Part shown: positions 51,055-62,478 of the stretch, in pieces
Layout: the number at the start of each line of letters is the position of its first letter
Numbering within the stretch: position 1 is the first letter of the stretch
Source of the DNA: Hydrolagus colliei
Lineage: Eukaryota
Assembly (NCBI GenBank): GCA_035084275.1
Contig: CM068745.1
Span: 47,616,001 to 47,680,000, forward strand
Direction: 5' to 3'
DNA length: 64,000 nt
The notes under the pieces: generated by a model
The model's database searches: none
Told to the model about the DNA's origin: nothing
Seen by the model: only the letters and a program-made list of their open reading frames with translations
Translations under genes and position numbers: made by a program

Positions 51055-51600
51055 TTAACGTGTAAAGCCCTCGGGGGAACGCGCGATGTTGACACTGCGA
51101 ATCCTGATGTTAATCTGTGTTTGTCCTTTAATTATCCAGTGTGTAATGCCGGGCGAGCACAGCACCGACTGTACCGAGTAACGTTCACATGCCTCAGATG
51201 CACAAACACGGAAAATATCATTTTTTACTGTGCTGGAACACTACAGCATTTTTATTCCACACACAAAAAAAAACCCCGAGTAGGTGATATCTAGACCATA
51301 CACAGGATGGCTGAACTTCGGCGCCTTCCACTTATTCCGACTCTGATGTCCATCCTTCGGCTTTGTTCGACGCGGTGATGTTTTTCTTCATTCCTCCCGA
51401 TTTCGATATTTCTAACTGGGCAATAACTCCGCGCTGACAAACCATTGGCGAGCGAGGCAGTGTTCAGTGCACTCAGCATGGCTGCTTATCATTCAAGTAG
51501 CCATTTCCCCCCCAAACAACAGCAGGAAGGGAAAACCGAACCGCTCAGTGGATCAGGCGGCGGGCAGTAGATGGCAGTGCAGGGCGGCAGATGTGAGCAG
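51055..51600. promoter_or_regulatory. CpG-enriched region at the distal edge of the slitrk5 5' region
   Basis: Many CpGs (aacgcgcg, cggcgcc, cgacgcgg, ggcgagcgagg) against a CpG-depleted background; not counted formally. Confidence 0.5.
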
Positions 51601-51742
51601 GGACAAAGCCAGACACCTAATATTTGATTTTGCTGATTTTCAAGCTAAAATATCAGGATTTGTGTGGTACCAGTTGATATCTCAGTGGATTTCCTTAATC
51701 TTCCACATAATCCTATTTCCGATACATTTACCACTACTACAT

Positions 51743-52058
51743 GGAGTCCTGTGGCTCAGTGGTTTGAGCCCTCGCATTGCAAGCAAGAGACCCGAGTTCA
51801 ATTTCTGGCCCGAGCGAAACCCTGGGCAAGTTTCCTTACTCCTCATGGCTGATAATAATCCCTCTAAAAAACCCAATAATAAACTGGTCATCTCAATCCA
51901 TGACTGTTTGTGTGACACTGCTGTGCGCAATTGGCTGCCGCATGTCACCCACAAATATACAGTCAGTTCACTTCAATTTCCATTCTGTGAAGCGCTTTGA
52001 GATGCTTAGAAGACGTGAAAAATGCTACATCAAATGCAAGGATTATTATTATTATTAT
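51743..52058 (+). mobile_element. Full-length tRNA-derived SINE
   Basis: ggagtcctgtggctcagtgg...gaagcgctttgaga...gacgtgaaaaatgct...gcaaggattattattattatt. Confidence 0.92.
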
Positions 52059-52394
52059 GAAAGTATTAATGATAATGAAGGCCAAGATTGTTGCTTAATA
52101 ACAGTGGTATGGTAGGGATGCAAAAGCAGATTTCCTGTTCTGCTTTCCAGCAAGTGTGTATTTTTGTTTATTTGTTCCCAGTGTTGTCATTGGTAGAGCA
52201 GGTGTCAACTGAGTGAATTCACACTTTTGGTTATTTTCAGGCAGCATTTGCCCTGTTGCGTGAACTTGTGGGGAAAGGTTTAAAAACAGCAGAATGTGAT
52301 CACAATGGATAGCTCCACGGAGGTACAGCTAACATTAATATGGATACCACTCGCTCTCCCCTCTCCTCCCCTCCCCCCCCCACCCCCCTTCACT

Positions 52395-52602
52395 TCCCAG
52401 CCAGTGCAGGAGATACAACACCTGCCCATTCACCACCTCCCATGCTAGAGTCCAGGGCCCCAGACACTGTTTCCAGTTGAGACAGTGATTTACATGTACT
52501 GTACTTCCACCAACATAGTAATAACGTATTTGCTGCTCATGATGTGATTTCCTCTACATCGGGGAGATTGGATGATTGCTTTGCTGATCAACTGTGTTCT
52601 TT
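52395..52602 (+). pseudogene. Penelope-like GIY-YIG endonuclease relic
   Basis: Frameshifted translation CRRYNTCPFTTSHARVQGPRHCFQLRQ*FTCT / STNIV / ICCS*CDFLYIGE / DCFADQL matches the PLE pattern CxxC...FTCxSxNxIYCIxCxxC..LYIGET...RFxEH. Confidence 0.75.
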
Positions 52603-54061
52603 CTGCCCAGTGCATCTCTGATTCATCTGCCTTCATCCACAAAATACACTAATGAATCCATTTGATGGTACATCCTGTGAATGCTTTGAGACATCTCAAT
52701 TAAGTGATTTGGTGCTACGTGAAATGAACATATATTACTATTATTACTTTGCTAACTTCCTGTTTTAATCAGTGTTCTATTTTGGTCACCATGCACTGAT
52801 CCCAAATTCAAGAACTGTGTCAGGCTAACCAATGCTCACCTGACATCAGTGGTTATTGTAAAAATGAATTCTATTAACATCATACTCTGTTAAGCTCTGT
52901 TTTAGTATGACAGTATACATATGTTTTACATTTCCTGTCCTTCTTAATAAATGTAAAGTGTCTCAAATGCTTATTTTAAAATAACACTTGATAAAGTCAG
53001 AATGGAGGAACTCAGTCCATTTTATTGCATCTGTGTCCCTGTCCTCTCCCTGTTGGAAGAAAGTGCTACCTGGGAGTATTTTTAAAAGATCTCTCCATCT
53101 ATAATTTTTCAATTGCTGTCAAAATGTACTAGTGGAATGTGGTCCAGTTTCGCCACTTTAAATTACCTTCTAAACTGTCTCTAAACGATATTGACAACAT
53201 TTCCCTGCATGCTTTATTATAATAATAATACAATAAAAATCCTCATATTTGATTCAGGATCTTTCACTTCAGAAAGACATATCAAAACATTTTAGTTAAA
53301 AATAAATAACTGAGTTGAACTTTTCCAGGCTCAGACATGCATAATAATAGTCTTGTAAATAGTATTCGTAGCCATCGGTATATGTGGAAATTTGTCCCAG
53401 AATAAGTCAGCACAATTCTAGCAGAATGTGGATTGGAGAACAAGTATTAAAATGAACAAAAACATCACTTAGGAAAATGTGTAACGTGATTTAGATAACA
53501 TCATACACCATATGGGAAATGGTCAAGGATTTTTATTTAAACTTATGAAAAATGAGACCAACCAGTCATGGGGCTTTAGATCCAGAAGTAGTTCAATGCT
53601 GCAGCATTATGACCCAGTTTTACGCGTGCTATTATAAGAGATTGTTATACCCTTGAAACGCAATGTTTTTTGGGTTTTATATTAAAAAAAAATACTGGAA
53701 CATTAAAGAAACATAACAGGTTGGAGTAACACAGAATCTGGACAAGCAGTTAACTGATGAATGAGGACCAATTTGAAGGAAGTTAAACAATCTCCTTCAA
53801 AGTGTCAGTCCAGATAACTGAAACCATATTGTAATCATAGTCAGCAGACTTACACTTGTGTGTATGCTACCTGGGATATATTTTAAATAATTTATTTTAA
53901 TCAAAATGTTGTACATATCACATATGATAATACTTTGATATTGTAATATTTTATGTCTGGAGGCCATCTCAAAGCACTTCACCCGATTTTTTTGCAAAGT
54001 GTAGTGACTGCATTTTGTACGTAAGTGCAACAGTAAATATAAATGCCCCACAAACATTTTA

Positions 54062-54412
54062 GGTTTCGAGCTAACTGGTTAGAGCAGTCACCTTGCAAGC
54101 GAGAGGACCTAGATTTGATTCATGGGCAGGGCAAAATATTGGACAGTTTAATCCGCATGCTTCTCTTTACCTAGCAGTAAGTAAGAACCTGGTTGTAGTT
54201 GATTGGAAAATTATTTTTTTTGCGGATAATAATCTCTTCAAAAATAAACAAATAAATAAATAAATGGGTCACTCAATGCACCATTTGTGGGCATTGCTAT
54301 GCGTGATTGGCTGTTGCATTTCGCCCACAAAATGTACCATCAATTAACTTCACAGTATATTTTATGAAGCACTTTGAGATATCTCGAAGATGTGATAAAG
54401 TACTATATAAAT
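54062..54412 (+). mobile_element. Longer, older tRNA-SINE variant
   Basis: ggttagagcagtcaccttgcaagcgagagg head, extra segment tctttacctagcagtaagtaagaacctgg, shared 3' core. Confidence 0.7.
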
Positions 54413-54419
54413 GTTATGT

Positions 54420-54716
54420 AAATAGCAATGAAGTGAGTGCCAAATTTTATTTGGATGATGGGTGGCTGGGGCACCAAGACTAACTCCCTTCTTTTTCAAC
54501 TAATGCTGTGGGATCATTAAAATCCACCTGACCAGGCGTATATGAACTCAGTTTAACATTTGATCTAAATGACTGCACCTCTAACAATTCAACATATCCA
54601 AAACACTGTATTTGGTTGTCAGCTAGACTATGCAAATTCAAGATTCCAATGTAGGGCCTAAAACCACAACTTTCTCAAACAGAAGCTAGAGTGATACCAT
54701 TTAAGCAAGGCTGACA
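54420..54716 (-). mobile_element. Old Deu-domain SINE
   Basis: gtgggatcattaaaatccacctg...ctcagtttaacat...accacaactttc...agagtgatacc, reverse of the old SINE. Confidence 0.6.
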
Positions 54717-54747
54717 ACATATTTATGACAACATATTTTTATCAACA

Positions 54748-54954
54748 CGCCTTACTCCATAAGCCTGATAACAATCCCTAAAATAGTTTTAATAAATCGG
54801 TCATTTCAATCCACAACTGTTTGTGTGCAATTGGCTTTCGCATTTCTTCCACGAGTTTACAGTGAATTCACTTTACATTTTATACTGTGAAGCACTTTCA
54901 GATATCTAGAAGACGTGAAAAGTGCTATATGAAATGCAAGGATTATTATTATTA
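54748..54954 (+). mobile_element. SINE 3' two-thirds
   Basis: ccttactcc...gacgtgaaaagtgctatatgaaatgcaaggattatt. Confidence 0.8.
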
Positions 54955-55451
54955 TCATACTTAATGTACTTTACTTCATTGTGCATTGTTTACTTCACTC
55001 AGGGATATTAATTGGTATTCTGGTAAAAACTGTTCCCTTTAATTTCCTTCAATTACATCATTTTGCTGTTAATTATAGCCCTGACTTATAGGAGTAAGCA
55101 AAACAAATAAGCATTTCCTCAGTGTAATTGTTTGTGACAGTGGTTGACTCAATATGTTCTTCTTTAATATAATTATTAGTGTACTTACAGAAGGCATGTA
55201 CTTCACCAAAATGATATTAACATTTTGGATGTAAGCCTAACAAGAATTGCCATCCAGACAAAATATCCATTGAGCATCTTAAGGCTAAATTCACTGGAGT
55301 TCTGAATTAAAAGTCATACAATAAAACAAATCTATGTTTTAAACATTGCAATCTCCTGAGCAGACTAAGTAAAAAGTGTTTTCAGTGAAAATGCAACTTT
55401 CTTCCAAGACCTAAAGGATAGCATCATGTTCATCTTGGAATAGGATAAAGG

Positions 55452-55820
55452 TGTCAGCCTGGCTTAGTTGGAAGCATTGGTCAGAAGGTTTGGGGATCAA
55501 GCATCTCATTGAGTCTTTGACTGTCACTCCAATGCAGTGCTGGGGGAGTGCTACATTGTAAAAAATGCTGTCTTTTGGGTGAGATATTAAACTGAGGCTC
55601 TGTTTACCTGTTCAGGAATACGTTAAAGATCTGTAGCACTATTCAAAAGCAGAAGGGAGTTTGTCCTGATTAACATCACTCGACATGATATTCAGTTCAG
55701 GGATATTTGTGGGATATTGTTGTGTTCAAACTTGCATTTACCTACAAATAGACATTATGATGTTCTAAGGTATGAAGTTAACAACTGATAGGGCTTATAT
55801 CAAATGCTAGGATTGTTTTT
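55452..55820 (+). mobile_element. Old Deu-domain SINE
   Basis: gtcagcctggcttagttgg...gagatattaaactgagg...cgttaaagatc. Confidence 0.65.
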
Positions 55821-56509
55821 ATTACAAAGCTGGGCATCATGCAACCATTCTTAATGGAGCAAAATATAAAATTACCCACAATTAATCTAGTTGAAAATAA
55901 AAATTAAAAATATAATCAATCTATTTTACGATATATTCTGTGAAGTGCTCTGAGACCTCTCGATTGGGTGATAAGGCATTATATCAAATGTGAGGATTAG
56001 AATATATATATCTATATATATCTTTCTTTAATAGTAGTTAGAGGTTCATTCTCAAGTGCTTATGACCTAATCTCAAACATACATGCTTATCAGTGAGGAT
56101 ACAACACAAATGCCTTCAAAATAAACATGTCACTGAAGAAAATTCTAAAGTTGGGAGCATGTGAGTGAACATTTACCAATAATTGAAATTTCAGTGTTAG
56201 ATTTAACTAGTAGCTGGTTGTTACTTGATTAGCGGATACATTTTTGGGTGTGGTAATCCCCCCAAATTAATAAAATAACACCAATGTTATTACTCATTTT
56301 CAGGATTGTTAGCGCAACTAGCTGCCACATTTCACACATAAAATCTACAATAAATTTACTTGAAAGTGTATAATATGAAGAGCATTTGAGCATCTTGTGT
56401 TGTGAGATTGATGGTGATCAAGGCACAATGCTAGTGCCAGATTATATAATTCAGAATTATTTGACTAAAGTAGATTGGTGAAATGTCTTGGGTTTTTGTT
56501 TGTCAAGTT

Positions 56510-57167
56510 ATGTAACTCAGTGTTTAGAGCACTCGCCTTACAAGCGTGAGACCTGTGTTCGAATCCAGGCAGATCAGGGCGAAACCTTGGGCAAGTTTCC
56601 TTACTCCACACACGCCTAATAGTAATCCATCCAAAAAACACAATAATAAAAATTAGTCATTTCAATCCACGACTGTTTGTGGGACACTGCTGTGTGCAAT
56701 TGGCTGCCACGTATTGCCCACAAATGTACAGTCAATTCACTTTACAGTATATTCTGTGAAGCGCTTTAATAATAATAATCCTTGCATTTGATATAGCGCT
56801 TTTCACATCTTATCGACGTCCCAAAGTGCTTCACAGAATATACTGTAAAGTGAATCGACTGTATATTTGTGGGTGATTCACAGCAGCCAATTATGCACAA
56901 CAGTATCCCACCAACATGGTCTTGGATTGAAATGACCAATATTATTATTGTGTTTTTTTTGGATGGATTATTATCAGTCGGAGTAAGGAGTAAAGAAACT
57001 TGGCCAAGGTTTCGCCCTGACCTGCCTGGATTCGAACACAGGTCTTCCTATCTTCGTCTCCCAAGCTTGCAAGACAAGTGCTCTAACCACTAAACCACAG
57101 AAGCTTTGAGACATCAATAGGATGTGAAAAGTACTGTATCGAATGCAAGGATTATTATTATTATTAT
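56510..57167 (+). mobile_element. tRNA-SINE with an antisense SINE nested at 56768-57102
   Basis: Outer copy breaks after gaagcgcttt and resumes gctttgagac at 57103; GCTTT duplicated. Confidence 0.9.
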
Positions 57168-59404
57168 GTTTTCAGATATGTTGATTCTCAGACATAGAGA
57201 TGTACATTTCTGCAGGCATAGTCAAGGTAAAGGTATGTTTCTCTGAAGCATAATGTATCAATCACATTTGCCCTTTTCATTTAGACACAGTAGAGCTTTA
57301 AATTTTTGGTCGTCCTCTTTAATATCTACATGCTCCCACTGGTGATGGTGGAGGTTGGGGGAGATGCGGATGCAGATTGAACCCATTAAGATTACATAGT
57401 TGATAAACTTGCATTATTCTCAGACAGTCAACAGTTAACATTGACAAATTAAAGTTGGTTCTCTAAGGATTTTTTATGTTAGAAATCTATCATATCAATG
57501 CATATAGATCTACACCAACTATTCACGAGTGCGCTTTTGTATAAAAGAAAGAAAGAACAGCAAACATAGCTATCACAAATTGCTTTGTGGGAAAACGAAT
57601 GACAACCAGAAACTCAACAGTGTCAGAGTAACAATGTCATACATGTTTTGCTTATGAATTATATGTTGTTGCACTTTCTGGATCCTGCTTTTTAAAAAAT
57701 ATTTGGATTCATTCACTGGCTTCTGACAACTGATAGACCGAAAATTGTTGAGCCTGAGTTTTATCTGTTTACCTTTATGTCTTTCCAGCACCCCAAACAC
57801 CAACTGTTAAAAGTCATTCCTTGCCTAGGATATTTAATGTATTTGAATTCTACCACTTTATATGCTAAGCATTTGGTATTGCAGTTGCAAAGCTAGTGAT
57901 ATTCAAAAAATTGCATTATGCAAGGCTTAAGCTAAAAATTGCTAATAACTTCCAAAGCAAAAAAACATACAGTATGGGGCAAATAAAGAAAGCAAAAATT
58001 GTTCTTGTGAGAGAATGGCAATCAGAATACTTGTAGTTTCAGGAAGAAAGAGCAATCAAATGTTTGTTCTGGATAGTTAACATCACAGCTCTGAAACCAT
58101 TGGCACAAACCGCAGGTGCACTATTACTGAACTAAGGTGTAAAGATGAATTATTGAAATCTTGTGTGTGGATCAAACAAGCAGCTGCTTCATATCTACCT
58201 CATGGAATCTTGTTTAGAAAAGATAAATGCAAATAAGAAAACTTTTGTATTGCAATTTGATACATGATGAAAGAGGGTATTAGCTACAGCAAAGATTTCA
58301 TGAAATATACTAAAGTTATTCTTTCAAATCTGATAATGAGGTGTAAAGAGTGTAGATTTTTAATATCATCTTTTTAAAAATGTTTCTGAGCAAATGGGTT
58401 TCGTTTGTTTAACTTAAAATATTTCACAAATTCATTTCTGATTGTATTGGAGTGGAATTCCCGGATGGCTGTATGATACACTTCAATTAGCAGAATAAAC
58501 TTTTATTGTAACTTAGAATCCTTTTTTAAAAAAAATTCCCAATTGGAAATTGCCAAATAAATGATAACCCACCAAAAATGTATAGTAATTAAAGACATCC
58601 GGCACTCTGGGATATAATCCTACATCAAAGGCCCTATATTAATGCAAGTTGTTGTTGTTCTTAGTGGTGGTATATAGTTCTTAGTAGTATATAGCAAAGT
58701 AAACTTTTAAATACTAATGCATACATTTGATATAGCCCTTTACATGTCTTCTAGATGTCTCAAAGCGCTTCACAGAATATACTATCAAGTGAATTGAAAT
58801 TGAATTGAAAAAATCACACAGGATACAAGATGAAGAAGAAGGTGTCAGAGATATCTAGAGTTGTTTCCATGTAATCTTTATGTAAAATAATACTTTTAAC
58901 AATTACTTTGAGTACCATATATTTTAATTATCAAAAATCAAACCTAGTCAAAAAGTGTAATGTTTCAATACAATTAAGCCTAAATTAAGAAGGCACAACA
59001 GATATAAAACAATAGTCTAAATCACTCCGAACAGCCTGAAATGTGCTTACTGATACATCTTTTAAGATCTTGAAAATATTGACAGGTTTGAAATACCAGC
59101 TTAAAAAAGTGATGCAAGTCTGGTAAAACAATCTTGAATAACATTACCGATCAGTCATCTGTTTTCACTTCTTACTAAAAGCAATCTTCAGCCTTCCCTC
59201 AATCCGGTGCAGTGGAACAGCAGTAAATTGCTGAAGGATCTTCCCATTTGATAGTTAATCTAACATATGAGAATCAATTATTTTTGTAGCTGACAAGATG
59301 GTGAGTTATGTTAACTTATCCTCATTTCGATCATATTCCCCAATATCAGCCTGGTGAAATACAACGATTGCCATTGGGTCTAGTTTCCGACAGTTGATTT
59401 TGTA

Positions 59405-59670
59405 GGATTGCTGTAGCTCAGTGGTTAGAGCACTTGCCTTACAAGCATGAGACCTGTGTTCGAATCCAGGCAGATCAATGTGGAACCTTGGGCACGTTTC
59501 CTTACTGCACATGACTGATAATAATCCCTAAAAAAAACAAAAATTAATTGGTCAGTTTAATCCATGATTGTTTGTGGGACAATGCTGTGCATAATTGGCT
59601 GCCACATTTGGCCCTCAAATAGATGCAGTCAGTTCACTTTACAGAATATTCTGCGAAGAGCTTTGACATG
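59405..59670 (+). mobile_element. tRNA-derived SINE lacking the extreme 3' end
   Basis: ctgtagctcagtggttagagc...gttcgaatcc. Confidence 0.88.
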
Positions 59671-60311
59671 TCAAAGCTAATTACTGTACTTTGAAAATAT
59701 TGGCAAAGGATCATGCTATGAGAAAATTTAAATAAACTAGCATAGCTTTCTTACTGCTCTAAGCAAGTTTTGACAATATAGTTCAAGTTCTAACAATGTT
59801 GTATGAAGACATAATATTCCTATCTGCTTTTGTGTACAATATAACTATTTTAATGGCAACAGAAAATAACAGGCAATGCCGATATTCTGAGAGATAACCA
59901 TTCCCATACACCTGAAGCAACTAATGAGGCAGTTGACTGCAAATTATATCTTAAAAGTCCAATACAGTTGTGAAGTGCAAAATTGCTTGTATAGATCTTG
60001 ACAACAACTGCAGGAAAAAAAATATTGAGGAGAATTTGCTCAGCAGCTCCCCAGTCTTTAAGAGCACATCAAGTATGGCAAAATGTGACAGGTAGTGTAA
60101 ACGCTGCCTTGGTGACTCCAAAGACCTGGCAGATGGCTTGGGAAGAAAATATAGAACTCAGAAATAAAAGGCACAAAGGTAAAAAGTATCATATCATGAC
60201 CATTGGACACAGAAGCACATTAGGTAAATGAAGGTGTAAACTAAATTCAGCACAATTTTCTAACTAGAAAATAATTTGAAAGCAACAGAAATTGGGGAAA
60301 AATGTAATAAA

Positions 60312-60612
60312 AAAATTATGCATTTGTATAGTGCCTGGAGGACTTTCCAAATCATGTCAGGAGAACTTTCCAAATCACTGGGCAGTCAAGGATATGCACC
60401 CCAGCTGTGGTTGAGATCAGGTGATGTGGTGGGCAGGGAATAGTATGGTGACCAAAAGCATGGTCAAAAAAGAAGGGGTTGAGACAAGCTATGAAGTAGG
60501 CATGAGAGTGGGTGAGGTAAAGGGAATTGGATTGGGGTTTCAAATGATGGGGCAGTGGAGCTTGCAGGGTGGGGAATATGGATCAGACAAGGATCTGCAG
60601 AGCTGAGGGAGT
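60312..60612 (-). mobile_element. Old L2 3' fragment
   Basis: aaattatgcatttgtatagtgcc...catgtcaggag...gtgaccaaaagcatggtcaaaaa. Confidence 0.6.
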
Positions 60613-62058
60613 GTTAGTTAAGTTAAAATACCTAGCTTCTATTATAGAAGCGCACATTTCACATTATAAGAGTACTATGCATAATTTGTCCCCATTTTAA
60701 TGGGTGGGTTAAGAAAATTGGTCAGCTGGGTGCATCCCTTCAGAAAAAGATTGATCAGGGCAGTTGAGTAATTTTCTGGTCTTTTCTGAAGTGTGTTGTA
60801 CAGATCATATCTTAGAGCTCTAGGTTAGAGCTCAAAATAGTTATTTCCCGCAGTTGTTAACTTGAACCCTACCAACTCCCATGCCAGCCCCCCATCCCAC
60901 CCCCCACCATCCACTACACACATACACCAAGCTTGACGATCTAGGAAATAGCGTCTTAAATTTCTTCAGAATTAGCTAATTATTTTGTTTGTTGATAACG
61001 ACATGGAATTTCAGGCCTGTTATGTCTTACACCAAGTGTAAAGCTTACTAAGTTTGGCACGGATCAAAATCCATCTTAATTTTTTCCACAAATGTTGTTA
61101 CTTTCAAAATCATTATTTGGAAGTATGCACCATGGAATTTCAGGCTCAAATATTGTAGAGTTGATAATGTAGCTGCGTTATTGAATGCTATGTTTGTATT
61201 TGTTAATATGATTCTTTGGTTGCAGAAGAAAACATTTTAATATGAGGAGCAATGGAACTAAAACACTTGTTAGCCTTCTTTTTTGAAAGTCTAAATATTT
61301 CTGATTCATAAATCAAATAAGTTTATTGATGGATTGTATAATATAATCACTTATTTGAAATAGAAGCAGCAGAAATCGAGGATGGGAATCGACAAAGGAG
61401 TTTTGGAACATATCCATAATATATTATACCACAATCTGCAATAATTTAGCTGGCTCTGAGTTGAATTTGGAATGCAATGTATACTATATATTATCTCTGT
61501 CAGATAATTTTTTTTCCCTTTTTTTAAAAATAAATTAAAAGGGTTGATATTGCCTAAGAGAATTTTTTTGAAATAATTGTGGGGTTACTCATGGATATTT
61601 GAAAAAAATTGGACAACAAGTGAGGTGAGCTATTAATTCACTGCATTAAATCTACTGGCTCTGAATTCAATTTTTTTTGAGGTTTAATGTAAAACAGTAT
61701 ACTTTGATTACAGACAGGTCGGCCTCTCAATTTTCTCTGTGTGACCATGCTGCTCAACTGACAATGTCCAAGTTCTAGTTTAGTAAAAGACTAAAGCATT
61801 TTGGTTAAACTGAGATAACTTTAGTTCAGAAGGATTATGCAGATTAAATAGTTGATACATCCTAAATTCTGCTCCAACCTCCTACTGAGTGTTGAATCCA
61901 TAATTCGTCCATTCAAAAGACAATCAGCAAAAAGTGTTTAAATGCATCAATCTTGATTCAGTATGAATTCAATTATACAAATGCAAAAAACTGAAGACAT
62001 CATTGTAATAATTTTCTACATATCTCCCTTAGAATCAATCACTTCTAACTTAGACGAA

Positions 62059-62478
62059 CTGGAAATATATACTCTTATTGGGCATATGACATTTCCCAAC
62101 ACCTTGGGGGCATTTTTCCGATGTGAAAGGACCTATACAAGTGTAATTTGTTGTTGTTGTTGTTGACGACACACCTATAGTCACCTTCCCCCTCCCCCTG
62201 GCTTGGCCTTAGGCTCTGCCATTGTTACTCGCATTCAATGCAGAGAAAAGCTCTCTCTTCAGTATTCCAGCAAAATTTCTGCAACTCAACATAGCAAGAA
62301 CAACAACAACTTGCATTTATATAGCAAATATATGATGCCTGGCATCGTCTCTGAGCATTTAACAGTGGCAGAGTCCAACAACAACAAATTACACTTGTAT
62401 ATGGCCCTTCACATTGGAAAGACGTCCCAGGGTACTGGGAAATGTCACATACCCAATAAGAGTATATGATATTTCCAG
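62059..62478. repeat. Inverted repeat (about 105-bp arms) containing an L2 tail plus flanks
   Basis: 62059-62167 is the reverse complement of 62373-62478 at high similarity. Confidence 0.85.

Noticed and set aside
56510-56575. tRNA-like sequences with A and B boxes (also 17612, 51743, 59405)
   Set aside because: They continue directly into SINE body and tail and lack a proper acceptor stem and terminator, so they are SINE heads, not tRNA genes.
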